A stretch of 64,000 nt of DNA from NCBI GenBank assembly GCA_965202585.1, contig OZ241826.1, positions 75,764,001 through 75,828,000 of the forward strand. Reading direction: 5' to 3'. Of the stretch, positions 13,881-26,926 are shown piece after piece; the first letter of the stretch is position 1; every line of letters starts with the position of its first letter. The notes under the pieces are model-generated. The model was not told the DNA's origin and did not search any database. It was given only the letters and a program-made list of their open reading frames with translations. Both the position numbers and the translations under genes were made by a program. Origin of the DNA: Thalia democratica (Eukaryota).

Positions 13881-13989
13881 CTAGTAATCAGATTATCAAA
13901 AGTAGAAACTGATAATTACGTTTATATTTCAATTTGGAAATAGACGTAATTACACACAGAATGTATCAGAATTAAATTCGAGATATGCA
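13881..13989. promoter_or_regulatory. Conserved non-coding block with a P3-type homeodomain palindrome; copies at 30013-30121 and 52070-52177
   Basis: TAATCAGATTA is invariant, and the TAATTACGT-N22-ACGTAATTA inverted pair is present in all three copies. Confidence 0.55.
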
Positions 13990-16900
13990 TTTATGATAAA
14001 AATAAAGTTTGGATTATCTGGTAAAAAATACATTATTTTAAGATAACGAAACATTATAACTCAGATTGAAAACTGCAAATTAAAGTGTTATAAGCGTGAT
14101 CAAAAAAAAATCTTGCAAACAAAATTCCTATATAATTTGTATGTAGCTAAACTCGTGACTCTTTGTTTGCACTTCTTTGTAATTGGTTTTAAAAGGATGA
14201 TCTACGCTTTATCTACAGTTAAAATATTTTAACAAGTCTGGGAAATGAATTTTCGAGAAAAGTATTTAAATTATAAAAAGTATTTTAATTGTTATAATTA
14301 CTATGAGACAAAATTGAAACGTGTTTTATTATTTAAATTAGTTTCATTAACTCACAAAAGATAAAAAGAAAATATTTTATTAAACTATTTTATTTTTGTA
14401 TTCAAGTTAAGTTAACAATAAAATTTTGAATACTTTTATAAACTCAGAGTAGTTTCAGAAGTGTTTTTAACTAGTTTGTGCTTATTGAAGAATTTAAGTC
14501 TAAAACTATAACTCAATCTGCTAAACACAAAAGGTTCAAAACCAAATAACTAGAACCAAACATAAACACAACAAAATCGTCAAACAATTCAACCACTAAG
14601 CTGCACAAAATACAAAGACACAATCTGTATTTTTATTATGTCATGAAGCTTAAATAAAAGACGAGATGTCTTGATTGAACTAGAGATAATATTGAATGTT
14701 TGCGGTGTTTGATAAAAAGATGTGTTTACTAAAAGATTGAGATTGTTAAACTAAAATGTTTACTTTGAGAAGACCTTAGTACACAACGACTCTTTTGATC
14801 TTTTTAGATTAGTAAAATCTAAGCTTAGATGTTAAAAACTGTTTAAATAAAAGTTTGTTTAAGGATTGGCAAGACAAGGATTTAATAAATACATTGAGCT
14901 TTTAAGAATCTAACTATTTGTAAATTCAAACTTCTAAAAACGCAACTACTTACTAATAATTTTCTCATAAAAAAAGCAAAACACACTTTTAATTTCAATC
15001 TTCAAAGTAAGTGCAGTGTCATCTTGGGATTTGCCGCCTGTAATGAATACAACGATTTTGAACGCCTCCCTTCTTGAATATTCGAAACCACTGAGATAAG
15101 CGTAGTTGAACGCCAGTTCCTTTGTTTGATTATCGTTATCGTAGCTGTACAACACTCTTTTCATTTTAAATTTGATTATAATAATAATGTTAAAACTAAA
15201 TCTGTTACTTATAAATACTATCAATTTCTAATTTGACTTATTTATATTTTGAAGGTAAATTTTTATCTTTAAAATCATCTAAATAAGAGTAAATTTAGAA
15301 TATAGCAAAAAGTCAAAATTATTCTCAAAATAAAATTTTTACTATCTAAAACTAACTTCAAATGTCGCAATCGGAGCAACAGGTCGTTTTTTGTGGTGTA
15401 AGTGGACAATGGAGCCACGTATCTCGCCTCGTTCGAGTATAAAATGATGCCAATTGTTGTCGCATGCCACAACATAACACTTCATAAACGATAGCAAAAG
15501 ATATTGATTCAATTCTTTAATTTATTTATTCGTCTTATTTTTTTTACACAATAGCAAAAAAAACACTTTATTTATTTAAACGTTAAATTAACTTTTTATA
15601 ACAAAACTACCTTATCATATTGACTAATTTAATGTATTTTACTCTAAAATATTCACATCAAATATATTAACATATGAATTTAATATTTTAGCTACTTTCT
15701 AAATTTTAAAATAATTCTCCCAATGTTTTCAATTAATTCTTCTTTTAAATATCTTGATTTTGTTCGTAAAATCCAATAAATACAATAAAAAGTTCGAACG
15801 GGAACACTATTGAAAAATTAATTGAAAAAAAGCGTGCAAAACATCAAAGAGCCGATAATATCTAGTTCGATTCGTTCTGAAAGCTTTATCTTCCAAAAAA
15901 AAACTTATCATTCTAAAATCATAATGTATTTCATAAGCGTTATCAGTAGTTTTTTAATACATATGTGTTTTGGAATATTGGTCCATTAGTTTTAGTCATT
16001 AAAAAAATACTGTATAAATGCTAAAAAATTAATCATGAAGTTATATTTTTTTTTACACAATTAATTATATTTTATGACTGAACATTAACTTTAAAGTTTT
16101 TATGAAAACGGAAGCAAAAAAAAATAACTAAAACCTTTTATATTTGTGTTTCAAATCTTGACATAAATCATTATTTAAGAAATGTACCAGAAAAATATAA
16201 GTACTAAACTGAACTTTCTAAAACAATTTATGTGACCTTGTTTTATACTCATTAGGACTCATCAGGTAGACAAAGTCACAATCGTTTCAGTTCAAAAAAA
16301 ATCAGAACCAAGCTTGCCTATATTTTAAGTAAAAACTTTAATCATTTTTTCTTATGTTTTGCATGAAAAAAAACTAATTTAAAAGTATTTCATATAGTGA
16401 CATCATACTTGGAAGTGTCGATGAGGACGAGAATGTCGGCGGTGATGCTCGCGCACGACATGTCAAACTCAAACTTGTACTCGGTTGATGACGTATTCAT
16501 ACCTAATGTCATCATATTCATCTCGTACTCGGTACTTTCCAGATTTTCAAGTCGCACTCTTTCTGGAAAACTATTACTTCACTAAGCAAAGAAATATTTT
16601 AAGTTAAAACTTTACTTTAAAATTAACACACATGTTTTAACATTTTGAAGGCTGTGATGCTGCTGATCACCGTTTAGAATTATGTACTTTATTGAGTAGA
16701 AATCAATGAGACCTCTGGGGCGATTCTACCTTATCTTGGCAGAGAAGTGTTGATTTATGCCAAAATTTTATGTCTTTTGGTGCATCAATGGGCGACAAAA
16801 ACATATCTGTATACATCTAGTTTAAATCAATTTAGTTTGAAGTCAGACTAAACAATACGTTTAAAACGGTTAGATGAAAAATAGTACAAAATTCAGATTA

Positions 16901-19900
16901 TGTACTTATTTTTAGAAGCTTAAAAAGAAAGCTGTTAATAATAAATTCTTTTTCAGTACAATTTTGGTATTTGAAACGTGTTTTTAAGATAAAAATTCAC
17001 CAAAATACGTGTTTGTTAAAGATAAAAAATAAATGTTTTGTGATTATTTTTCTGCTGTTTTCCATAAAAATATCTCTACTGACGGCAGGAGTGAGCTTGA
17101 ATATTAATTACGACGTCATTTTGACATAAGCTGGAACAACAAAGCTTGTAAATTTTTGTTGGAAGATTAAAAATAATATAAACTACAAAATATAGAGGCT
17201 TTACTGACGGTCTGAGCTCATATTCAGAAGCCTTTCAAAGGCCATTACTGCATTCTCGTTAGTATTTATTGTTTTAAACTGAACTGCTTTTTATAAAAAA
17301 ACAACGTTGCTTGAATAAAAAAATAGAAACTTATTTTAGCACAGATAAAATACGAACATGTAGCTTTTTAAGTTAAAATTTGCTTCATATAGGTATGATA
17401 AAAAAAGAAGTTTAATAACTATTTTAAACTTTAGATGAGAATAATTAATTTAAAACTAACAGCAACCTAAAGCAATAACCCGAGTAAAAGTTTTAAAATT
17501 TGATTTTACTAAATTTAGATTTTTATTTCTATGAGAGCACTAACCAGCAATAAAATGTTATTTCACGCTTATTCATTTTATAATAAAATTTATTATTTTA
17601 TTACAAATATTCATGTAATTTTTGGAAACAAAGACATACGGTAGTAGGGAGGTTTAGTTGTTAACGAACTAGCATAAACGCTCTTGTTAATGACATACAA
17701 GTTAATGAAACCGCGCTGTGAGCACAATGCAATCTCGAATACACGTCGATTATACTTTCAGACGGCGCTGGCAGTTGTACATATAAGCTCTTAAGGAACA
17801 GTTTGAATTAACTTCAAAGAATAAAGAAGTTGCTTGCAGTCTTCTATTGTTGTGCACGCTGTGTTCTTCCAAATTGAAGGTGTTCATGTCCGTGACACTG
17901 CATTGACACTGTCATGATTACCTAAAGTGCAGGCTCGTTGTGTTTGGATGAAGCACGAGAAATTTTTGAAATCGAGCGTGGAAAAATCAAACTTACTTAC
18001 AAATTTGTAAACAGTGGAATCTTTGCTAGTAGCTAGACGCGATTTTGAAGAAAATTTTATTTAGAAATCATCGCGGTCTTTTAGGCAATTATAAACTTTA
18101 TTTGCAGCACACATATATGTTTGTTGTAAACTTATTCTGCACTTTTATATATATATATATTTATTTTTTTTAATTCGCGTAATCCTTTTTTGTCATGAAT
18201 TCGATACACTTTAATTTTCATGCTTTAATTTCATAAGGACAATGTTGTAGAAAACTACAATGAAAGTTTTCTACTGCATCTTTTAGCTTCAAATTAATAA
18301 TAAATCATTGGTTTAAAACAAAAAATATAATGTAAAGAATAAAAAACTTTTAGTATATACAAGCTAAACTTTTATTTTGAAATTATGTAAAGATACAAAG
18401 TGTTTCAAATGTTTCTGAATAAACCTTTAGAATGTAATTTTAACTTAAAGATATAAAATATTTTTTATCTGCTAAGCTTGAATTTGACAGTCTAAATACT
18501 ACTTAAAGCCTTTTTACAACCTCATAGATAAAATCAGTAGGTTTTGTCATCTATAATCTAACGTAAAATTGATTAAAAGTTAATTAGTAGCTCATTAACA
18601 CCTAGCTTTTGGTTTAAAACACTTTAGTTCACTCCTCAACGAAGATCATATCAGATGAAATATTTATTATTAAATAGACGTTTATCATCCAAAATACCTT
18701 TTAATTTTGTGAACTGTAGAATTTTAGAAAATTTATTTGTAAATAAAAATTTATTGCATCAAAATGTAATTAATCTCTTTGTTAACTATAACAATTAGTG
18801 TACCTCCGAAACGAAAAGTCTACTTGAGATGGGTTTCTTGGATTTATCAGGGATAAATGGACCTGAGGTATAATAATATACTGTGAAATCAGCACTTTAA
18901 AACTGTAAAAAGTGATAAAATTTATATTTTAAGAATTTGTAAACTTAAGCTTATTTTAAGCAACTTCGGAAAGCATTGAGTTTTTTATTGTAAAACTCGA
19001 TACGTAAGGCTTACACGTAAGGATATAAAGAGTTGGCATCCAAACTTTACACTTTTGCGGCTGAAAAAGCATTTAATTCTTGGAAAAGATATAAAAAGGT
19101 TGGAAAATGCAGAGATAAACTGCAAGGCCGTCTAAGCGGTGAGCAATCTATGTCAATTAAGTTGGCTTACGACGGATCAACAGCTAATTATTTGTCCTGC
19201 CAGCAAACCACTGCTATCTAGTAAACAGAGCGTTTCATTCATGAGAGCGAGTTTTCGCATTATGTGGCTCGAATTCGTGTGAAGATAAAGATCTTCAGCT
19301 AAGTTATGACGTCACGGTAAGAGATGGGAATTTGATAGTTGCGTACCAACGATCATTTCACAAACAAGTCGCAAAACATCGCACCGTCTCCTTAAATCAG
19401 CTTATCTCAATTCAAATCGGCTTTTGTTCAGCAAAAAAGCAATTAGTCTTGCCTTGTGACAGCGAAGGCTTTTAATTGAGGTTAAATTTCGTTTTAATAT
19501 AAGTTTTATCACATTTTTATAAATTATTTAAGAAATAAAAACAGTTTATAATTTAATCTAACCCTAATAACTACATTTTAATATTACATTTTCTATAAAT
19601 TTTGAATTTTTAGCGTTGTGAAATTAGTTGACCTACTCTTAAAATGTAAATCTATAAAAATACTATATTTATTTCGTTGGAAATTTTTAACTTTTGTAAT
19701 GTACTTTGCTTGTGAGCCTATTTTTTCATTAATTTTATATTCTAAATATTTATGTTAATTAACACTACCAAAAAATTTTGCAACTAATAAAGCTAGTAAC
19801 TCACTTGTCTTCCACTGGTTATTTCGAAGTAACAGGTAATATTTCGAAGAGATCATTTAAGTCCTCTCAAATCAGCGTAGTTACTTGACGATTTATCAAC

Positions 19901-22900
19901 ACGTATAACACTTCTAAAGAGAGGTCTATCAATTATGTCAAAAACATATTAAGCTCGCAAAATGCTATATGGTTTTGAAATCTGTAAAGACTTTCTTAAC
20001 TGTTTTAGTTTTTGTAACCTAATATTTTAAATTAGTTCTATTAAAAAAAAAAAACCAAGTTACTTTACTAGTTAATAAAGTATCTTTTTTTTCCTACTTT
20101 TAAAAATTTGTAAGTTTTAGAAAGTTTACATACTTTTATACCGTTATAAACAGCTCTATTCTTTACTTTTGATTTGAGAAAGTATTTTACTAATTTATAA
20201 TTTCAAAAACTAAGTTTTTAAAAGTAATTTTTAATGTTCATTAGAAACACATTCTTACAAAAAAATTGTTGAAATTTTTAAAGTATATAAGATTATGGTA
20301 AATGCACCTGCTAAAAAGTAAGCAAGTATTTTAGTTTTTATATTTGACACTAATCCTAAATGCAATATTGATTCAACAGATTATATGCAAAAATTAAATG
20401 CTGATTGATGTATAAATAATGCTTCAGAATTTGATAAATGTACAATCCTGACATATTTCTGACAAAAATTTGTATCAATAGTTAATTTATCAGTTTAAAT
20501 CTACTTGCTATAATTTTTGCAATTTAGATAATCACATCAAAAGCTTCACGAGTGGAAATAAAGGTACTTAGATTAAACAATTGTTTGAATTAATTAGCAA
20601 CAGTTTGATTAAATTTACAAGTTTATTTAAAAATTTAAAACAGCTATGTATAAAAGTTTCTAGTTATTTTTCTTTGTATACTCTTTTGTTTTTGTTTTAT
20701 ATCTTACAAGTTAGAATTAAGCTAAGTAAATACATTTTAACCTAAAAAAACAAATTCACCTCGAATTTATCCAATATTTATATCTTTTTCACCAAGTAAA
20801 GACAACTCTGTTAAAATTTACAACACTATTTTATAAAAGTTTACTAAATTTTCTTCATACTTTAACCTTTAACTTTCAATTAAAAATCGAGTTTTTTAAA
20901 ATGACGTAATTTATTTAAAAATTGTTTGTAACAACCTTTTAGGAGCTTTTAAGTCAGATTATTCAATCCTAAAAGTAGCTGGTTGCGGTTGTAATTATAC
21001 TAGAAGCTGATCAAATTATTTTGCTCGGACAATATGAAAGCCATCTTAATATGACGTATTTATAATGTGTGCAGATGTTAAAACAGTTTTGTGGTAATAT
21101 ACAAGCTGGTAGTTTTTGTTGTTTACTCAACTAAAAAAAGTTCTTTAATAATTTTTTTATTACGATCGTATTTATCTTAGTGGTCTTTGTTTTTTTAAAA
21201 CTTAAGTTAGACAAGTTATGTATACTTCATCACCAATTTAATAAACCAGTAAAAGTTTCAATAAGTTTATTCTACTAAGTTATCTAATATCTTACTATTT
21301 AAAAGCAGCAATAACGTTTTGTTTTACGAGTACGCTTAAAAAATACCAATTTATAACACTTATTGAAATTTTCTCTGACTTTAAGACTTGTAATGTGATA
21401 GTTTCTTTCGAAACATTTCGACTAATTTTCTACTTAAATCGGCTTTGCACACCCTAAAATCCGTAAACGTGTGTCCATCACAAACACGCCTAGACTGTAC
21501 ATTAGTCGTATACTGCTAAGAAGTATTTTAACTAAATTATGTTCAATAAACAAGTATCAAAGTATAGTAGAAGCTAAAATATCTTTAAAAGTTTAAATAC
21601 GGATTGTTGTTAAAACATTTCAACACTCAAATAGAAAATAATAATTATCCACGCAATTTTAAACTTTTAAAAATTTATGTTTCAATTTTACTTAAGCTTG
21701 TAATGCAAAATACTAAAATACAATGAGTGTAGTTGCGATTTCAAAACTAACTTTATAAATACATTTAGGTTAAATTAAAGTAAACATTCAAAATTTCAAA
21801 ATCTAGATAGTTTACTTTAAAAAAGATGATTAAATTGTTTGACGTTGCAAACAATTAACGAAAATTAACTTAGAGAAAATATATGTCGGTTTAATTAAAA
21901 TCAAACGTTGTTTACTTGGATAATTAAACTTTATTAAATTATTAAATTAACCCGATCACAATTTAACACTTGAATTTAAACTTCAAGTTTTTCTATAGCT
22001 TTTAAATTGGCAGCATAAATTGTATTTTAAACTTGTAAAAACGTTTTGCTGTTTTTATTTAAACTTTAACAACTATTAGGTGTACTGTTAATTAGTTTTC
22101 TAACAACCTTGCTTGTGATAGTCCTCATACCGTATTTTGGATGGTTTTGAGAATATTTATTTTGTTGGAATTTCGATTGTGAAAATTTTTAGCTTTGATT
22201 TTAAAAAATTCTGACCTAAAAGTCATCAAAGATTTTATTATTTTAACGAAATAAGTGATTATCTTAGTTTTATTTTAGTTTTTTAATTTAAAAAAATCAG
22301 TTTCAGGAATACAAACAATGACCAAAAAAACTTACAGTTATTACAATTTAAAATAATTAAATGTTATATTGAAAAAAATAAACGTTGAACTGTTTATAAT
22401 CAAAAACAATGTTACAGTTATTTGAATACAAACTTAAGCAAAGTTGACTATAAAACTATGAAGTTTGATAAATTTTTAAAAGTAATAACTCTAACCGGTC
22501 TCAGTATACCAAAGGCTTGTGGTCTGATGATCAAATTAATATGATCAACCCTTTTGTTAAACTTGAGCTTGTCTCACTGTATACGAAAATCCAGGCTTCC
22601 GCTCTGCAGACTTTTGCCGATGTTTTTGTGTTAATAACCCTAAAGTTTAACTATTTATTTAATATCAAAGTTTTAAAAAAAACTTTTATATTTTCACCAC
22701 TTTTATCTAAAACAATTAACTCTACAATCATCCACAAATACCAGACTCGAAGGAAATTAATATTTTTATAGATACATCTTACTCAAGTTGCCATTAAACA
22801 CTTGCTTGAAAAGTCGAGAAACTTGTTATTTAAACTTTCACTATTTTTAAGATTTTGGTTTAAAGTATAAGCTAATTGAATAATGATTGCCGAGAATTAA

Positions 22901-23699
22901 AATGAGCAATCTAAACTAATGGATTAATTTCACTAAAGTTTCAAAAAGTTATTATATTCGTATTAATAACGAAGTGGGTAAACAAGTTATTATTAAGTTT
23001 AATTTAAGAAGCTTAGATATACGCTCAAACTGTCTTGAATAAAATGGGTATTAAAATGAAAAGCTTTTAGTTCTTCGACCATAACAAAATATGCAGGTTA
23101 AAATTGCGTAAATTAAAACGGAATTTAATGCTAAAAAGTCCGCTGAGTTTAAACTGGTTCAAACGTATAAATTTTTAATATTTTTTTAATACAACAATGT
23201 AGAATGATCAAAGTAAACAATTTGTAACAGATGGGAAACATAAGCGATTTAAATAGAAATTTAACTGGTTAATCTCGCAAAAGTCTGATTATTGCGGCTC
23301 TTTTCATAAATAAGCAGCTTGTCTATTGGTAAGTATTTAGTAATCAAATTATTACGGGTGGATTGCACATTGAATTATTCTGCAAACTTCAACACTTTAT
23401 GAAAACCACAAACTGTTTACAAGTTTTTTTTATTTTGGTAGCTTCAATAATTTTGACTAAAAGACAAACAATTTGATATCAAAAAAGTATGGTACGTATG
23501 TTGTAAAAAGTTTATAAATTAACTAAAATGCTGTCAAAATTACATTCATGGTTTTTAAACTTGGGTGGCTTCATAAGTGCTTGTTTCATATCCGTTTGTA
23601 AAAGCTTAACAAATATTTTTCTAATTTTATTATCTCTTAATAATAAGTTTTGAATCGTCAATAAGATAGTCATCATTTATTAACATATCACCTGTTCTA

Positions 23700-24207
23700 A
23701 GAAGAAAAATCTGCCACTTAGGCACTTCTTAGGTACGCACTACCAGTATGGTACACACTTTTAAGCCTAAAAACTCTGTGTTGAGGTTTTTTTTTTTACT
23801 TTCAAATTAAGAAAACAACCTAAAGTTAATGGTAGAAAAGTATTTTTTTTAAGATAATTTATACTGTAATAATTTTAAATAAATTAAAACTAAAAAAACC
23901 AAGAATTTACAAATTGTATATCAAATCCAATATTTAAAACAAAAAAAATCAAAGCTTATATTTTTGACGATAATAACGAACGGTGCAATTTAAATTTTCA
24001 TACCCCATGATTAAAACATAGAAATAATGAATACTTAAAAGGTCACACAAAATATAGATAAACGAAATTAATGAACAGTGCAATTAACATTTACATACCA
24101 AACGATTGAAACATAAATGTAAAATGATGTAATTAAACACCAAGTTTTTAGGTACACTCAAGTATGGTATGGTACGCACTTTTGAGTACCAAGGTGATAG
24201 GTTACTG
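23700..24207. mobile_element. Degraded member of the same Tc1/mariner-like family; orthologous insertion at 39740-40243
   Basis: gtacgcactaccagt...gtacacactttt and gtacgcacttttgagtaccaaggtgataggttactg resemble the termini of 47490-48324; empty site at ~6945. Confidence 0.65.
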
Positions 24208-26926
24208 ATAGTGTTGATTAAAAAACCTCGTGTTTAAGTTTAAAATATAATATATTTAATCTATAATGATGATGTAAACTAAAAACTTAGTAACTGTCTG
24301 AATTTCTGATAACTTTTTTCAACATAAGAGTCTTTAGCTTGAATTGATTTCTCTCATAAATCTGTTTTAAGCCTATATTTAAATTTTTAACTGGTAACTT
24401 TATATTAAAATGTTGCGTGTTAAATTAAAAAAAAAACTCTCATTTGGATGGCAAACAAAATTGTTATGATTAAATAAGCCAAAGGGTCGCTTCTATCAAA
24501 AGAAACTTGTGGCATTAATTTGTAATAAAGTGACAGTTAATGATTATTTTTTTCATTATTCTGCTATTATTTAATAAAAAATAGTATGAACGCAAAATCG
24601 ATGTGTTATATGTTATAAATTAATGATAATAGTTCAATATTTTAATTTTAGGCACGAAATCTAAGTATATAAAAACTTTTAAATAAGTATATGTCTTTAG
24701 AAAACTACTTTTAAAGTTTTAAAAAACACTAAAAAACTCTTAAAACTAAAAGCTGATTAAAAATTTTAAAGTAGTCATTTAAGACGCGTACAGTTTCTAA
24801 TGATGTCTTATTAATTATTCTTAGCCAGATTGAACTAAAAACTAATTTACCTTAATACATTTTTTTTTAATTACAAAACATTTGTTTAAAGCTAAAGAGC
24901 TTCATCAAGTTTTAAGCTCTGTAAAAATCATTATGGTTGTTATAAGTTTTACTTTTTGTTTGTTGTGAAACATTTTTCCGATGCTTCTATTTGTTTCAGC
25001 CATTAATTCTGATTAAAATTCTAGATATAAAACTGTAAAATCAAGTCACATGTGTGTTACATAAAACACAAAACATAAAATAAAAAACCAGAGTATTATA
25101 ATAGTTTAATAAATATTACATTTTGTGAAAAAAACGTTGTCATAATGTTTTTTGAATATTATTGTCACTAAAAGCTACGATTTTGAAAAACAAAATATAT
25201 ACTTGAAACTCAATACATTTTACAGTTTAACATAAAGGGGCGAGTAACTTTAATTTTTGCCTGTTTATTGTACAAAAAAACGAGCTATAAAATCTACATA
25301 GTTGATTGACTATTAAAATTTGTTTACTTAAGACTTTTTACAAGGTCAATGAAAACAAGCTACTTTAGATTAAATACAATGAAGTTTATTAATTTAAATA
25401 ATAAGTTACTGAAATGATAATTTTATTACATTTTGTACGTGAAAAATTTAAATTATCTTAAACAAAATTATAAACCACTAGTAGACTATAATATGACGTA
25501 ACAATAATAAGCTTTGTAAGAATGAATTTCCGTCTAGAATGATTTAATCATGTTTTTTGTTAATTGCTACTCATTACACAGGAGCTAATCAACAGTTTTG
25601 AAAAATATTAGACGCAAACTAGTTTTAAACTAGTCTTTAACAACTGTCTAGTTTATATTTTTTAAGCAAATAAGTTTGAGAGTACGTATTTATTTTTTAA
25701 AAGCCTTTAAAGACAAGATAAAGTTTTTCATAGTTAAATCTAATATAAATTTTCTCATAATTAGACGAGAATTGCTTTGTAGAATTTAATGCCAATTCCT
25801 AAAGTTATTTGTAAAATAAATATAAGGTATTTTTTAAAAAGTGCCAATTACATTTAAAAAAAAAGTAATTTAATCCAATTAAGTTAATTTTTCTAAACCA
25901 AATCAACAGTTTAAAGATATTTGAGCTCTTAAAAAACGTATAATTAAACTTTTTTTATAGCGTTTAAATTTTTGAATTCTGCTTTTAAGTTTACGGCTAT
26001 GTTTAAAAATATACAAGACTAAAAATTAATTATTTCCGGTATACATGCTTGTCATTTTTAATTAAATAAAAATTATCTGAAAATAAATTTCTTTACTGTG
26101 ACTTTAGTTTTAACATGATTACTAAGCTTCATTGATTGAAATATTTTTTAAAAATAAAATTTTATAGCAAATCAAAGTTTGTAAGTAAAAGACTATTTGT
26201 TGTACTCCCAAAAAGTTTTGTAATTATAAGCAAGTATGTTGAAAAAATTATATATAATAGGTGCTTAATTAGTAAAAGGACTTACATATAATTAAAGTAA
26301 ACAAAAATACCTAAAATTTTAAGTTTTATTTTTCTAAAGGAACCAATTGAATAAATCTATAAGCAAAAGCATCAGATATCAAAATATGAAAAAGTACTAA
26401 AAATAGCAAGTATGGGTAAGTAAATATATACAAATCAAAGTAGACTGATACAAAAAATTAGTAAAAAACACAAATATTAAAGTTGCAACAAAACGAAAGA
26501 AATTTTGAAAAAAAAAAGTTGTAAGTGAAACTATTTATAAACTTTAAAAAAAATTTGCTAAATGTTTTAAACAGTTATAACATTTATTAAATGTAGTTTC
26601 ATAAGTATGTTTAATAATTTCAATTTGTAATAATACTTTATCATAATGCGTAGAAATATTTTCATATAACTATCTTTTCACAACTATTTTAAATCTAACA
26701 AAGATATTTATAATATTTTTCTTTATGTTGTATGACATATAGTAATAAGTTATTAAATTGATTTATAAAACATATATACTATAATATTGGAAAAACGACA
26801 TGACAACAAGAAACAGATTCTTTGTAAAATTATAAATAATTTCTTTATAAAATTTTCTATCAAAAAAATGGTTTGTGAAATAATTTCTAGAACTTATTCA
26901 AAAGCTAGTTGAAGATTAGATGAAGC

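Larger units (their letters stand above)
11540..21550 (-). pseudogene. Copy C: decayed duplicate of the vWA/FN3 gene
   Basis: Exon remnants at ~11700-11878 (premature TAA at 11715-11717), 11948-12104 (2-nt deletion giving TAA), 15000-15144 (donor lost), ~15353-15535 (same 5-nt deletion as B), 16409-16562, ~16631-16804, ~18778-18863 (TAA, donor lost), ~19803-19935 and ~20760-20808. It has the same large deletions as B and also lacks the 43922-44109 homolog. Confidence 0.88.

Noticed and set aside
14975-15020. ALTLKIE in pseudo-exons of B/C matches the next copy-A exon, suggesting an exon fusion
   Set aside because: At DNA level it is closer to the exon end plus mutated donor of 56112 (4 differences in 21) than to the next exon (6 in 21); treated as coincidence.
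19033-19221. Plus-strand ORF over the 430-bp conserved block (also 61402-61599 in another frame)
   Set aside because: Stops and frame differences among the four copies and no recognisable domain; the synonymous excess is too weak to support coding.
24265-24302. TGATGA...CTGA, possible C/D snoRNA
   Set aside because: The boxes are only ~30 nt apart and both are lost in the 40.3 kb copy. The 22.5 kb insert likewise has CTGC rather than a D box.
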